Shown one piece after another: positions 9,432 to 20,071 of a stretch of DNA of 64,000 bases. The position numbers and the translations under genes were made by a program. The stretch's first letter is position 1, and each line of letters starts with the position of its first letter. Location: positions 733-64,732 of the forward strand of contig CANAIR010000007.1 in the NCBI GenBank assembly GCA_947361355.1. The letters are read 5' to 3'. Source of the DNA: an uncultured Clostridium sp. Its GTDB lineage: Bacteria; Bacillota; Clostridia; TANB77; CAG-465. The notes below the pieces were generated by a model, which was given only the letters and a program-made list of their open reading frames with translations, did no database searches and was not told the DNA's origin.

Positions 9432-9920
9432 TTATTTTACAAAAGTATTAGAAGGAGCAGTAATTTTATTAATATTTCCAACTTTAATTATTGGCATTAC
9501 ACCATTATATTCACCTTTAATAACAACACCAGTTATTTCAATCCATTCATTATCAACAAGTTTTGAACTATCAGAATAATTGCAAAGAAACCCTGCTACA
9601 TTATTTTCATTTTCCACAACAGTATTTCTGCCACATACAAAATATCCATCTTTAAAATCGGGCATCTTGAATACAAAACCAGATACCTTTACAGTTTTAC
9701 CTAAATTTTCATCTATATTTTCATGTATTTGTTTTAATACAGTTGTAAAATTTTCTTCAGTTAATACATAATCATAGTTTTCATCTTTTTTTGATGTTGA
9801 AATACTGTCATTTCCACTCCCAAATTCAATTATAGTAGCAATAATTGCGGCAATTAAAATACAAGCAAAAAATACTTTTTTAAAATCTAATTTGAAGTTT
9901 ACAACAAACATAATTTTCAC
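9432..9920 (-). CDS. Membrane-anchored hypothetical protein, DUF1980/TIGR03943-like C-terminal domain (tentative)
   Basis: N-terminal TM helix. C-terminal pattern VKVSGFVFK...GYFVCGRN...NEWIEITGVVIKGEY...PIIKV resembles that family from memory. Confidence 0.5.
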   Translation of the reverse strand: MKIMFVVNFKLDFKKVFFACILIAAIIATIIEFGSGNDSISTSKKDENYDYVLTEENFTTVLKQIHENIDENLGKTVKVSGFVFKMPDFKDGYFVCGRNTVVENENNVAGFLCNYSDSSKLVDNEWIEITGVVIKGEYNGVMPIIKVGNINKITAPSNTFVK

Positions 9921-10094
9921 CTAACCTTACACATTAATACAGTATATTCTAAAATATAATTAATATGATTGATAATTTTAATAAATACTTTTTATGTATT
10001 AATATAATAATATGTATAAAAATAGATTTTTGTATTAATATATATTATTGTATTTTAAGAGAATATGTGCTAAAATAAAATTGAGGTATGAAAT

Positions 10095-11309
10095 ATGGCA
10101 CTAAGAGAAAGTGATAAAATAGAAGCTTACTCAAAAATATCGAAAAATATAGATGTTGAAATAATATTACAACAGTACCCTAATTTACCATTAGAAAATT
10201 TAGATATGTTTTTTGCAACTAATATGCACGATGTTACAGAAAAGATAAAAAAAGGTTTAATGGGTGCAACATATGGCTTTGAAGGTGCAAAAGAGGTTGG
10301 TATGTCTTCACTTAGAATATTAAAAAGTGAAATATTAGATAAAACAAAATATTATTATAGAAATAAAAAAGAATTTAACAAAAGAATAATAGAAAATAAT
10401 AGTCAATATGGTTATGATAAAAGTTATGAAAATCCTTTTTATGTTTCAGATAGTGTATTTGAAAGTCAGTTTCGAAATTTAGATGAGGATTCTGATATAC
10501 AAATTTATGCTAAAACTCTGTATTGGTCAAATAAGGCTGTTAGAGATGTTAATGTAGTAAGAGAAAAAGTAGTTAGTAATATAAGTGAGAGTAAAAAAGC
10601 AACAGATCAGTTAATCAACTTTGAAAGCCAATGTAAATTAAAAATAGTTGGAAGTGAAAACAGGAAAAATTTAAGAGATAGCTATATATCTGAATATAAA
10701 AAGTATTTGGCGGGAGAAACAACAAAAGAACAATTAGAAAAATCAGAAGTATATGTTAAAATGGGAAAGATGTTAGAAAAACAACAAAAATATGGTTTAC
10801 AAATATCACCTGAAGACGCTTATACATTTTTAAGTCTTAGCACTAGTAGGAGAAATTTATATCTTCTAAAAGATACATATATTGAAGAAATTGTATCATC
10901 TTATTCTAAACTTCAACAAAGTAAACAAGAAGATAACGAGTTATCAGTTTTTCATATGGTTGATGATAAAATAAAAGGAAAATTGAATACTAATGCAAAT
11001 AAGGAGTTATTAACTATATTAGTAAAAGATACAAACGCACCTATTTGTGTTCATGCTTCATCAGCTTTTTTTAATGATATGAGAGATGTTTACGAAGTTG
11101 ATATTCCACAAGGAGAATCTAAATTAGATTATAGAAATTTAATATATATTAAATATAGTGATGAGCAAAAAGAGGAAATAGAAAGATTAAATAATAAAGA
11201 AGATAAAAGTCTTATGGATTTTAATGTGCGTGATTTCATTGAAAATCAACATAACATGTGCACTGATTTAGATAAAGTTAAAATATTAAAGTATGAAAAA
11301 CAAAGGTAG
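10095..11309 (+). CDS. Hypothetical protein (404 aa), no recognisable motifs
   Basis: Long ORF with coding-like composition; GAGG-type RBS upstream. Confidence 0.6.
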   Translation: MALRESDKIEAYSKISKNIDVEIILQQYPNLPLENLDMFFATNMHDVTEKIKKGLMGATYGFEGAKEVGMSSLRILKSEILDKTKYYYRNKKEFNKRIIENNSQYGYDKSYENPFYVSDSVFESQFRNLDEDSDIQIYAKTLYWSNKAVRDVNVVREKVVSNISESKKATDQLINFESQCKLKIVGSENRKNLRDSYISEYKKYLAGETTKEQLEKSEVYVKMGKMLEKQQKYGLQISPEDAYTFLSLSTSRRNLYLLKDTYIEEIVSSYSKLQQSKQEDNELSVFHMVDDKIKGKLNTNANKELLTILVKDTNAPICVHASSAFFNDMRDVYEVDIPQGESKLDYRNLIYIKYSDEQKEEIERLNNKEDKSLMDFNVRDFIENQHNMCTDLDKVKILKYEKQR

Positions 11310-11317
11310 GTATTAAA

Positions 11318-11614
11318 GTGTTAAATAAAGAATATATAAAAGAAATGCTAAAAGATGAGGAATATGATAAGATACATGAATATATGTATTATAATTATTC
11401 AGATATATTATATAATTTTATTAAATCTAAAGAACAAAATTTTCAAAAAAGTACATTAAATAAACAAATACGTCATATATATTTTAGTTATCCAGAATAT
11501 GAAGCTTTAATGGAAAATTTAATGGATATATTGCAAAATGAAGAAGATACCTTAATAGAGAGGTTAAATTCTATGATAGATTATTACAAGATATTAGTAG
11601 AACAATTAAAGTAA
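11318..11614 (+). CDS. Hypothetical protein (98 aa)
   Basis: GTG start 9 nt after the preceding stop, AGG-rich RBS; probably co-transcribed. Confidence 0.5.
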   Translation: MLNKEYIKEMLKDEEYDKIHEYMYYNYSDILYNFIKSKEQNFQKSTLNKQIRHIYFSYPEYEALMENLMDILQNEEDTLIERLNSMIDYYKILVEQLK

Positions 11615-11769
11615 AAATTTTGTAAATCTAAATAATAAAAATATGTAATTATAAATCTCTATAGCAGTATCTTAGCGACTGTTTATTAGTAAAATTGAAT
11701 AGTATAAATAATTGACATAAAATACTATTTATGTTATAATGTTTATATAAAATAAAAAGGAGAAAAGAT

Positions 11770-12042
11770 ATGAATAATAATTTATTCAAAGAAAAATGTG
11801 AAGAAGAAAAAAAATTAGATGATCGGGTTACATTTTTTAAAAATGTACGGGAAACATGTTTGAAAAAAATTGAATATGATCCAACTGAAAAGCCAAAGAG
11901 TTTCTTTAAAATTTTATCAGAAATTGAAAAAAAGTATTCAGAAGCACAGGGGGCATGCGAAGTATTACTTGAGTTTTATAACGGAGCTGAAATAGATGAT
12001 ACAGTTTTAATGGAGGCTGCAGAATTAATAAATATGTTATAG
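11770..12042 (+). CDS. Hypothetical protein (90 aa)
   Basis: AAGGAGAAAAGAT then ATG; followed by a strong terminator. Confidence 0.55.
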   Translation: MNNNLFKEKCEEEKKLDDRVTFFKNVRETCLKKIEYDPTEKPKSFFKILSEIEKKYSEAQGACEVLLEFYNGAEIDDTVLMEAAELINML

Positions 12043-12044
12043 TT

Positions 12045-12087
12045 AAAAAAAAATCGCTGAATTTGTAATTTTATTCAGCGATTTTTA
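12045..12087 (+). terminator. Intrinsic terminator
   Basis: ATCGCTGAAT (12053-12062) pairs with ATTCAGCGAT (12073-12082), then a T-run. Confidence 0.8.
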
Positions 12088-12189
12088 ATGTAATATGTAA
12101 AATTATATAAATTGTATATCAAATAATTGTATATAATGCGAAAATATGTTAAAATTATGAGGTAAAACTAAATTAGGAGAAATAAAAAA

Positions 12190-12675
12190 TTGAGTGAGAA
12201 AAAATATATAGATAATAATAGAAATTTTAGATCTTATCATTTAAATATTTTAGAAGTAATATTCATACTATATTGTTTAATATTTTTTAAGGATTATTTA
12301 AATAATGATATTAAAATTTTAAATTATAAGCTTGAAAAGAATGCAATTAATAATATATTATTAAATAATGAAGTTAAAAATAGTATTCAAAAGAAAAACA
12401 TAAACATTATTTCTAAATTAAATTTTGATGAAGAAAATAATAATATAAAAGTTAAAAATAAAAAGTGTATTACAAATTTAATTCATTTTATTACACTTTC
12501 ATATGTTTTTGTTAAATTTAATATAATTAATAAAATTAATATAACTAGTACATATATTGTAGATGTTATATGTTGTATTGTGTATTGTATATATAGTAAA
12601 AGTAGAAAAAAGATAAATTATGATTTAATTAGTAAAAATAGTAATAATAAATATAATAGTTTATGTGTTATTTAG
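12190..12675 (+). CDS. Hypothetical Asn/Ile-rich membrane protein (161 aa), uncertain
   Basis: TTG start after AGGAGA; extreme AT composition, so it could be a chance ORF. Confidence 0.35.
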   Translation: MSEKKYIDNNRNFRSYHLNILEVIFILYCLIFFKDYLNNDIKILNYKLEKNAINNILLNNEVKNSIQKKNINIISKLNFDEENNNIKVKNKKCITNLIHFITLSYVFVKFNIINKINITSTYIVDVICCIVYCIYSKSRKKINYDLISKNSNNKYNSLCVI

Positions 12676-12684
12676 GAGGAAAAA

Positions 12685-15447
12685 ATGAAATTATTAGAAA
12701 AAATATTTGGTTCATACAGTGCAAAAGAAATAAAAAAAATAATACCAATTGTGGATAAAATAGAAGAAATTGAAAAAACATTATCAAGTTTATCTGATGA
12801 TGAGTTGAGAAATAAAACAAGTGAGTTTAAAGAAAGATTAAAAAATGGGGAGACTTTAGATGATATATTACCAGAAGCATATGCAGTTGTTGCAGAAGCA
12901 AGTAGTAGAGTACTTGGTTTAAGACATTATAGAGTTCAATTAATTGGTGGAATAATACTTCATCAAGGAAGAATATCGGAGATGAAAACAGGTGAGGGAA
13001 AAACTTTAGTAGCTACTTTACCAGTATATTTAAATGCACTTACATCAAAAGGTGTGCATGTTGTAACAGTAAATGATTATCTTGCAAAAAGAGATAGTGT
13101 TTGGATGGGAAAATTGTATAAATTTTTGGGACTTTCAGTAGGATTAGTTGTAGCTGGTATGCACCCTGACCAAAAAAGAAAGGCATACAATTGCGATATA
13201 ACATATGGTACAAATAATGAATTTGGATTTGATTATTTAAGAGATAATATGTCAATGTCTAAGGAAGCAATGGTTCAAAGAGAATTAAATTTTGCAATTG
13301 TTGATGAAATAGATAGTATATTAATTGATGAAGCACGTACACCACTTATTATATCAGGTATGGTAGATAAAAAAAGTGATTTATATGAAAGGGCAGATAA
13401 ATTTGCTAAGGGACTAAAAGCTAAAGTTATAGTTGAAAATAATGATAAAGAATTCGATGATTCAGATAACGATTATGATTATATCGTAGACTTAAAAGCA
13501 AAAACAGTTACACTTTCTGAAACTGGTACAAAAAAAGCTGAAAAATATTTTGGAATAGAGGATTTGTCAAATGTAGATAATCTTGCTATATCTCATCATA
13601 TAAATCAAGCAATAAGAGCGTATGGCATAATGAAGAAGGATACTGATTATATTGTAAGAGATGGGGAAGTTTTAATAGTTGATGAATTTACTGGTCGTAT
13701 TATGCAAGGTAGAAGGTATAGTGATGGTCTTCATCAAGCAATTGAGGCAAAAGAAAATGTTAAGGTGGCAGCAGAGTCACAAACTCTTGCAACTATTACG
13801 TTTCAAAACTATTTTAGATTATATAATAAACTTTCTGGTATGACAGGTACAGCAAAAACTGAAGAAGATGAATTTAAAGGAATATATAAATTAGATGTTA
13901 TTGAAATACCTACAAATAAACCTGTTGCAAGAGAAGACTTGGATGATGTAATATACAAAACCAATGAGGCAAAATACAATGCAATAGTTGAAGAAGTAAA
14001 ACAAAGTTATGAAATAGGTCAACCAGTTCTTGTAGGTACAGTGTCTATTGATAAATCAGAAATAATAAGTAGATTGCTAACTAAGCAAAAAGTACCACAT
14101 CAAGTTCTTAATGCAAAGTATCATGAAAAAGAAGCAGAAATTATAGCACAGGCTGGTAAATATAAAGCAGTTACAATTGCTACTAACATGGCTGGCCGTG
14201 GAACTGATATTATGCTTGGAGGTAATTTAGAGTATATAGTAAAAGAGGAATTAGCAAAAAAAGGTTATGAAAGTGAAATAATAGAAATGGCTGTTACTCC
14301 TATTACTTATGATAATGAACTTGTAAAAAAAGCAAAAGATGATATAAAAGAAATAGAAGCAAAATATAAAGACAAGATTGAAGAAGAAAGAAAAAAGGTA
14401 ATGGAAGCAGGAGGGCTTAAAATAATTGGTAGCGAAAGACATGAATCAAGGCGTATAGATAACCAATTAAGAGGTCGTGCAGGTCGTCAAGGTGATCCAG
14501 GTAAATCAAAATTTTATATATCACTTGAAGATGATTTAATGAAATTGTTTGGTTCAGATAAAATGACTATGATGATTAATGCTCTTGGACTTCCTGATGA
14601 CGTTCCTATTGAACAAAAAATGCTTACAGGTGCAATAGAAACAGCACAAAAAAGAGTAGAAGGAAGAAACTATTCTATAAGAAAAAATGTACTTGAATAT
14701 GATGATGTAATGAATACACAAAGAGAAATTATATATAATCAAAGAAGAGAAGTTTTGGATGCTGATGATATTTCAAGTATTATAATGCAACTTGCAAATG
14801 CTAAAGTTATTAAAATTGTTGATTCATATATTTCACATGTAGATAACATTGATGAAGTTGATTTTAAAACTTTTAATACAGTATTATATAATTTATTTAG
14901 TATTGAAAATATGATAAAAAAAGATGATATAGAAATATTGGATAATGAAAATGTTGAAAAAACTTTAATGCAAAAAGTACAAGAAGTATATGATAAAAAG
15001 CATGAGGAAGCAAGAAATTTAAATAGTGAGGAAATATTGAATTCAATTGAAAGATATTTAATCTTAAATACCGTAAATGAAAAATGGATGGATCATATTG
15101 ATGCTATATCAGCATTAAAAGAGGGAATAGGACTTCGTGCATATGGACAAACAAACCCAATAGAAGCGTATAAAATTGAATGTTTTAATATGTTTGAGGA
15201 ATTAGTTGAATCTATCCAAGAAGATGCAACAAAGGCAGTATTTTCGCTAAGAGCAGAGAAAAAAGAAAAATATGATAACATTGTAAGAGAAGAAAAAGAA
15301 GATAAAGTAAAAAATATCTCTACTAATGCAAATGGTGAAGTAGCAAAAAGAGAACCTATAAAAGTTGAAAAAAAAATAGGTAGAAATGAACCTTGTCCTT
15401 GTGGTTCGGGAAAGAAATACAAACAATGCTGCGGAAAAAATGCTTAA
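12685..15447 (+). CDS. secA: Preprotein translocase ATPase SecA
   Basis: [42 protein letters not shown], and C-terminal zinc motif [14 protein letters not shown]. Confidence 0.98.
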   Translation: MKLLEKIFGSYSAKEIKKIIPIVDKIEEIEKTLSSLSDDELRNKTSEFKERLKNGETLDDILPEAYAVVAEASSRVLGLRHYRVQLIGGIILHQGRISEMKTGEGKTLVATLPVYLNALTSKGVHVVTVNDYLAKRDSVWMGKLYKFLGLSVGLVVAGMHPDQKRKAYNCDITYGTNNEFGFDYLRDNMSMSKEAMVQRELNFAIVDEIDSILIDEARTPLIISGMVDKKSDLYERADKFAKGLKAKVIVENNDKEFDDSDNDYDYIVDLKAKTVTLSETGTKKAEKYFGIEDLSNVDNLAISHHINQAIRAYGIMKKDTDYIVRDGEVLIVDEFTGRIMQGRRYSDGLHQAIEAKENVKVAAESQTLATITFQNYFRLYNKLSGMTGTAKTEEDEFKGIYKLDVIEIPTNKPVAREDLDDVIYKTNEAKYNAIVEEVKQSYEIGQPVLVGTVSIDKSEIISRLLTKQKVPHQVLNAKYHEKEAEIIAQAGKYKAVTIATNMAGRGTDIMLGGNLEYIVKEELAKKGYESEIIEMAVTPITYDNELVKKAKDDIKEIEAKYKDKIEEERKKVMEAGGLKIIGSERHESRRIDNQLRGRAGRQGDPGKSKFYISLEDDLMKLFGSDKMTMMINALGLPDDVPIEQKMLTGAIETAQKRVEGRNYSIRKNVLEYDDVMNTQREIIYNQRREVLDADDISSIIMQLANAKVIKIVDSYISHVDNIDEVDFKTFNTVLYNLFSIENMIKKDDIEILDNENVEKTLMQKVQEVYDKKHEEARNLNSEEILNSIERYLILNTVNEKWMDHIDAISALKEGIGLRAYGQTNPIEAYKIECFNMFEELVESIQEDATKAVFSLRAEKKEKYDNIVREEKEDKVKNISTNANGEVAKREPIKVEKKIGRNEPCPCGSGKKYKQCCGKNA

Positions 15448-15674
15448 TTTTAATATTTTAAATTATTTCATAAAATGAAATAATAGTGTAAAAAAATAAT
15501 TTGTCATCTAAAATAAAAAATAAAAGTGAAATATACTAAAAAAATAAGGAGTGTAACCTAAGAGAAATGGGGTGGCACTTCTTCTTGTTTATACATAATA
15601 CTTTCTTAACTCTACGATAAGTAGGTTGCTAATTTAGTAAAATCAGATTATAATTTTACTAGGGGGAATAAAGA

Positions 15675-16259
15675 ATGAATAATTATGTAACTGGAAAAAT
15701 TATAAAAGAATTAAGAGAAAAGAAAAAATTAACTCAATTAGAATTAGCAAAAATTATTGACGTAAGTGATAAAACAATAAGTAAATGGGAAACAGCAAAA
15801 GGTTTACCAGATATATCTTTATTAGAGCGACTTTCAAAAAGTTTGGGAGTATCAATAATAGAACTAATAAAGGGTGAATATATAACTAATAAAAATAAAT
15901 CTGGTAATATGAAAAACTCGAAGTTTTATGTATGTCCTATATGCGGAAATATTATACATACAATAGGTGAAAATTTAGTTTCGTGTTGCGGTATAACATT
16001 ACCTGTTTTAGAAGCAGAATCAGAGGATAAAATACATAGTATAAATTGTGAAGTAATTGAAAATGAATACTATATTACAATGAATCATCCAATGACAAAG
16101 CAACATTATATTTCATTTATTGCATATTTTACAAATGATAGATGCGAAATTGTAAAATTATATCCAGAACAAAATGTAGAAGTAAGATTTTTAAAACGTG
16201 GAAAAGGAACTATATATGCTTATTGTAATAAAGATGGGTTAATAAAAAAAGTTTTATAG
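15675..16259 (+). CDS. XRE-family HTH fused to a desulforedoxin/superoxide-reductase-like domain
   Basis: N-terminal HTH (LTQLELAKIIDVSDKTISKWE). Then CPICG...CCG (desulforedoxin-like) and NHPMTKQHYISFI...YCNKDG, resembling the SOR fold with the final His replaced. Confidence 0.7.
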   Translation: MNNYVTGKIIKELREKKKLTQLELAKIIDVSDKTISKWETAKGLPDISLLERLSKSLGVSIIELIKGEYITNKNKSGNMKNSKFYVCPICGNIIHTIGENLVSCCGITLPVLEAESEDKIHSINCEVIENEYYITMNHPMTKQHYISFIAYFTNDRCEIVKLYPEQNVEVRFLKRGKGTIYAYCNKDGLIKKVL

Positions 16260-16365
16260 TATTATTAAATAGTATAAAACATAAAACTTGTTATATTATT
16301 ATTTATAATAAAAAGAGATGTTAAACTATATACACTTAGAGTACGTAGTATAACATCTTTTAATA

Positions 16366-16800
16366 TTATAAATATTTTTTTAAAGCTTCAAGACTATCTT
16401 CTTGCATGACAACAAAATCATTTAAAACATTTTTTACTTCTAATGAAGTATTGCTATTTTCATTAAGTAGTTTCCTACCTTCAATAATTCCCATATTTGT
16501 TCCTTGTATCAATATTTCTGCTAATTTTGATGTTGTGCTATCATTTATAGTATTCATTTGTACTCCAAACCATGTCATCATTTTTGAAGATGAACTGGTA
16601 TGTTCTGGTTCATTACTAGTATAATTTGAATATATATCATTTACTTTTTTTGAAATTTCTTTGTATTTTGTATATTCAATATTTAAAGCTTCTTGAAAAT
16701 TATTATTTTTTACTTTTTTTGATACTTGTGAAATTGCTTCCATACCCATAGTTGCACCTTTATTTATTTGGTTTAAAACATTTATATTTACATTATTCAT
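16366..16800 (-). CDS. Hypothetical helical protein (144 aa)
   Basis: GGAGTGAG-type RBS before the ATG; helical heptad-like composition; family not recognised with confidence. Confidence 0.55.
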   Translation of the reverse strand: MNNVNINVLNQINKGATMGMEAISQVSKKVKNNNFQEALNIEYTKYKEISKKVNDIYSNYTSNEPEHTSSSSKMMTWFGVQMNTINDSTTSKLAEILIQGTNMGIIEGRKLLNENSNTSLEVKNVLNDFVVMQEDSLEALKKYL

Positions 16801-17123
16801 TATCTCACTCCTTATAAATATATATATTTTTATTATTTACAAAAATTCAAAAATTATTAATAATTTTATATTATAAATATTAAGCATATACATATTTTTT
16901 TATTTATGATAAAATAGTATATATTAAGATTATAAAAAAGAATATAAGGAATTTTATATGTTAAAAAATAAACTAAGCATAGCAAAAATGAAGTATAATG
17001 TAAAAGTATTAAAAATGGTTATTATGCGCAAAGTAAAAATATAAAATAATTAAGATAGGTTAATGATTTTTTATTACAGTAGGTATAATTAAAATAAAGA
17101 AAATTTAGAAAATAGGTGATAAA

Positions 17124-17441
17124 ATGGCAACAAGTGATGAATATATAGAGTATGTATGTGAGCAAATAAAAGGTGTTGGAAATATAAGATATAAAAAAAT
17201 GTTTGGTGAATTTATGATATACGTAAATGAAAAGCCTGTTATAATAGTATGTGATAATGAAACATTTGTAAAAAAATTAGAGTGTATAGAAGAAATGATG
17301 AAAGAGGCAAAAACAGGTTTTCCATATAAAGGTGCAAAAGAACATTATATATTAGATATAGATAATGCTGATTTTTGTAAGAGTGTTATAGAAAAAATAG
17401 AAAAAGTAACACTATTACCAAAATCAAGAAGTAAAAAATAA
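17124..17441 (+). CDS. TfoX N-terminal domain protein
   Basis: YKKMFGEFMIYVNEKPVIIVCDN matches the TfoX_N core pattern (MFGG..ly.dgk.f). Confidence 0.65.
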   Translation: MATSDEYIEYVCEQIKGVGNIRYKKMFGEFMIYVNEKPVIIVCDNETFVKKLECIEEMMKEAKTGFPYKGAKEHYILDIDNADFCKSVIEKIEKVTLLPKSRSKK

Positions 17442-17484
17442 TAGAAAAGATATAATTAATTTGTATATAGTGGGAGAAAAAATT

Positions 17485-17865
17485 ATGGAAAGAGTAATTA
17501 CTGTGGTTGTAAATACTATATGTTTTTTATTGATGTTATTACTAGTAAATGAATATACAGACAGTTTCATAGTAATAACATTAATTATATTTGTGATTTT
17601 TGGAAGTTATCTTTTATATAAATTTAGAAAAGAATATATACCAAAAAAGTTGTTACAATTGGAATTTATATGTATTATACTACAAATTATTTTTATAACT
17701 ATATTTGAAGTATTTGATATTTGGAATATAAGTAATGGATTTATGGGGCTTGGTGCAGGAGGCTTAGGTACTTTATTTTATTTTGCATTTATTATCCTAT
17801 TTTTTGTAATGTTATTATTAGTTAATTTTCTAAAATTTATATTTAGATTAATAAAATCTAAGTAA
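17485..17865 (+). CDS. Hypothetical membrane protein (about 126 aa, 4 TM)
   Basis: ATG at 17485 follows GGGAGA with 7-nt spacing (the track start 17461 has no RBS); four hydrophobic segments. Confidence 0.55.
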   Translation: MERVITVVVNTICFLLMLLLVNEYTDSFIVITLIIFVIFGSYLLYKFRKEYIPKKLLQLEFICIILQIIFITIFEVFDIWNISNGFMGLGAGGLGTLFYFAFIILFFVMLLLVNFLKFIFRLIKSK

Positions 17866-18220
17866 TATTGTAGTGTAAGCTTGTGAATCTTTAGAAGTTT
17901 TTATGCAAATAAAAATAGATATATATAGTATTGGATATTTGTAAAAGAAATTATATACTACTGCAAATATTTTAATAGACTAAGCATTAAAGTACAGTAA
18001 AATTTTAAATAACTTTACAGTAAAGTATAATTTAATGATAATTATATATTCTGTTATCAAGTTATACAAACAAAATTGGTTGTTTAATTTTATTATGAGG
18101 ATTTAAATAAATGAAAAAATTAAATATTCCAATGGTAAAATATTAATGATATAATTAAGTAAGAAAGTAAATAGATACATGTAATATGTAAACAAAAGGA
18201 GAGAAAAGTATGAAGATACT

Positions 18221-18247
18221 ACACACACACACACACACACACACACA
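18221..18247 (+). repeat. (AC)13 dinucleotide microsatellite
   Basis: 27 nt of uninterrupted ACAC...; the homologous site in copy B (about 29531-29537) reads only GCACACAGG. Confidence 0.95.
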
Positions 18248-18327
18248 GAGGCTACGAACAAGAAAAGGCGGTGATTCTTAATACAAATTTTGTAAAAAAT
18301 GTAAAAGAATATAAAAGAACAGATATA

Positions 18328-18364
18328 AACCTAGTTAAAGGAGATGAATTCCTTTAGCTAGGTT
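18328..18364 (+). terminator. 15-bp stem hairpin in the element right-end module
   Basis: AACCTAGTTAAAGGA pairs with TCCTTTAGCTAGGTT, then TTTGTGTGT. Confidence 0.6.
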
Positions 18365-18558
18365 TTGTGTGTTTAATTGTAAAGTAAGTAAAAATAAGAG
18401 GTGAAGAGTATATGAAAAAAAATAAAGAAAAATTAGATAAAAAGGATAGTCAAAAAATTTTTTACAAAACCAACCCTAAAGGTGTACAAATGAATTAATA
18501 TGTGATATACTAACTTTAGTTAGGTAACGATTGTTATTTTTTGTTTGGAGGTGATTAT

Positions 18559-19137
18559 ATGCCAAAGCAGATGAAATTTACTAGAGACGTTGTAATTGAT
18601 GCAGTATATGAAATTGTAAAAAAAGAGGGAATGGAAAATGTAAATGCAAGAAAGATAGCAAAGGAATTAAATTCATCTGTACATCCAATTTTTAGACATT
18701 TTAGAGATATGGAGGATTTAAAAAATGCAGTTTATGAAAAAATATATGAAAAGTATAAAGAGTATATGCTAAATTATAAAAATGAGAAAAAAGCATATAA
18801 AAAAATGGGGCTTTCATATATTAAATTTGCAAAAGATTATCCAGAATTTTTTAAAATAATTTTTATGCAAAAAACAAGATTGGATGCTAAAAATTTTATA
18901 ATGTCAGATTCGATAGGTGATAATGTTATAAAAGCAGGACAGGAGCTTACAGGGTTTAGTTTTGAAAAACAAAAAGATTTCCATGTTAAAGTATGGATTT
19001 TTACACATGGAATAGCATGTCTTGTTGCAACAAATACTATAAAATTTACAGATGAAGAAATTGATGAATTACTTTCTAATACAGTATTAGAGTTATTAAG
19101 TGGATTGAAAAATAAAGGGGAATGTAAAAATGAGTAA
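18559..19137 (+). CDS. TetR-family transcriptional regulator
   Basis: ATG at 18559 after GGAGGTG; N-terminal HTH (NVNARKIAKELNSSVHPIFRHF); overlaps the ABC ATPase gene. Confidence 0.8.
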   Translation: MPKQMKFTRDVVIDAVYEIVKKEGMENVNARKIAKELNSSVHPIFRHFRDMEDLKNAVYEKIYEKYKEYMLNYKNEKKAYKKMGLSYIKFAKDYPEFFKIIFMQKTRLDAKNFIMSDSIGDNVIKAGQELTGFSFEKQKDFHVKVWIFTHGIACLVATNTIKFTDEEIDELLSNTVLELLSGLKNKGECKNE

Positions 19138-20071
19138 TGTTATAGAAGTTAAGAATTTAACAAAACAGTATAAGCAGTTAAAAGCAATTGATAATTTATC
19201 ATTTGAAGTGTATGATGGAGAAATACTTGGTCTTCTTGGTCCAAATGGTGGTGGAAAATCAACAACTATAAATTGTATTTTATCTTTATTAAATTTTAGT
19301 GAAGGTGAGATAAAAATTTTTGGCAAAAAGATGAAGCCAGATGCTTATGATATAAAATCAAAGTTAGGAGTAGTATTTCAAGAAGTAGCTGTTTTTGACG
19401 AATTAACAGTATATGAAAATATAGATTATTTTTGTGGTTTGTATATAAAGGATAAAGATACTAGAGAGGAATATATTAAAGATGCAATAAATTTAGTTGG
19501 CTTAGAAGAATTTATAAAATTTTATCCAAAGCAATTATCAGGAGGGCTTTTAAGAAGATTAAATATTGCATGTGGTATAGCACATAAGCCAAAACTTATA
19601 TTTTTAGATGAGCCAACAGTTGCCGTTGACCCACAAAGTAGAAATAATATACTAGATGGAATAAAAAAATTAAGGGATAATGGGGCAACAATAGTTTATA
19701 CAACACATTATATGGAAGAAGTAGAAATTATTTGTGATAGAATAATTATATTAGATAAAGGAAAAATACTTGCTAGTGGAACTAGTGATAGTTTAAAAGA
19801 ACTTGCTAAAATTGAAGAGAAAGTAACAGTTGAAGTCAATAATTTAGAGGATAAATATATAAAAGCGATAAAAGAGTTTTCGAATGTTGATAATGTAGAA
19901 TATACTTCAAATATGCTTTTAGTAACATATAAAAAAGGAAAAAATAATTTGGTAGAATTAATTGAATTTTTCAAAAAAGAGAGTGTAAAATATAATAAAA
20001 TATATTCTGAAAGACCTACATTAAATGATGTATTTTTAGAACTTACAGGAAAGGAACTACGTGATATATGA
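19130..20071 (+). CDS. ABC transporter ATP-binding protein (ABC-2 exporter type)
   Basis: GPNGGGKST, LSGGLLRRL, FLDEPTVAVD. Confidence 0.9.
   Translation: MSNVIEVKNLTKQYKQLKAIDNLSFEVYDGEILGLLGPNGGGKSTTINCILSLLNFSEGEIKIFGKKMKPDAYDIKSKLGVVFQEVAVFDELTVYENIDYFCGLYIKDKDTREEYIKDAINLVGLEEFIKFYPKQLSGGLLRRLNIACGIAHKPKLIFLDEPTVAVDPQSRNNILDGIKKLRDNGATIVYTTHYMEEVEIICDRIIILDKGKILASGTSDSLKELAKIEEKVTVEVNNLEDKYIKAIKEFSNVDNVEYTSNMLLVTYKKGKNNLVELIEFFKKESVKYNKIYSERPTLNDVFLELTGKELRDI

Larger units (their letters stand above)
17890..18476 (+). mobile_element. Degenerate right-end remnant of the GGGTTGG-IR element family
   Basis: Ends in TTTTTACAAAACCAACCC (18459-18476). Hairpin 18328-18364 and the short-ORF region are homologous to 29500-29736. 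No matching left repeat nearby. Confidence 0.55.

Noticed and set aside
15448-15674. prfB with programmed frameshift, often found downstream of secA
   Set aside because: The region is non-coding and the next gene is an HTH fusion protein.
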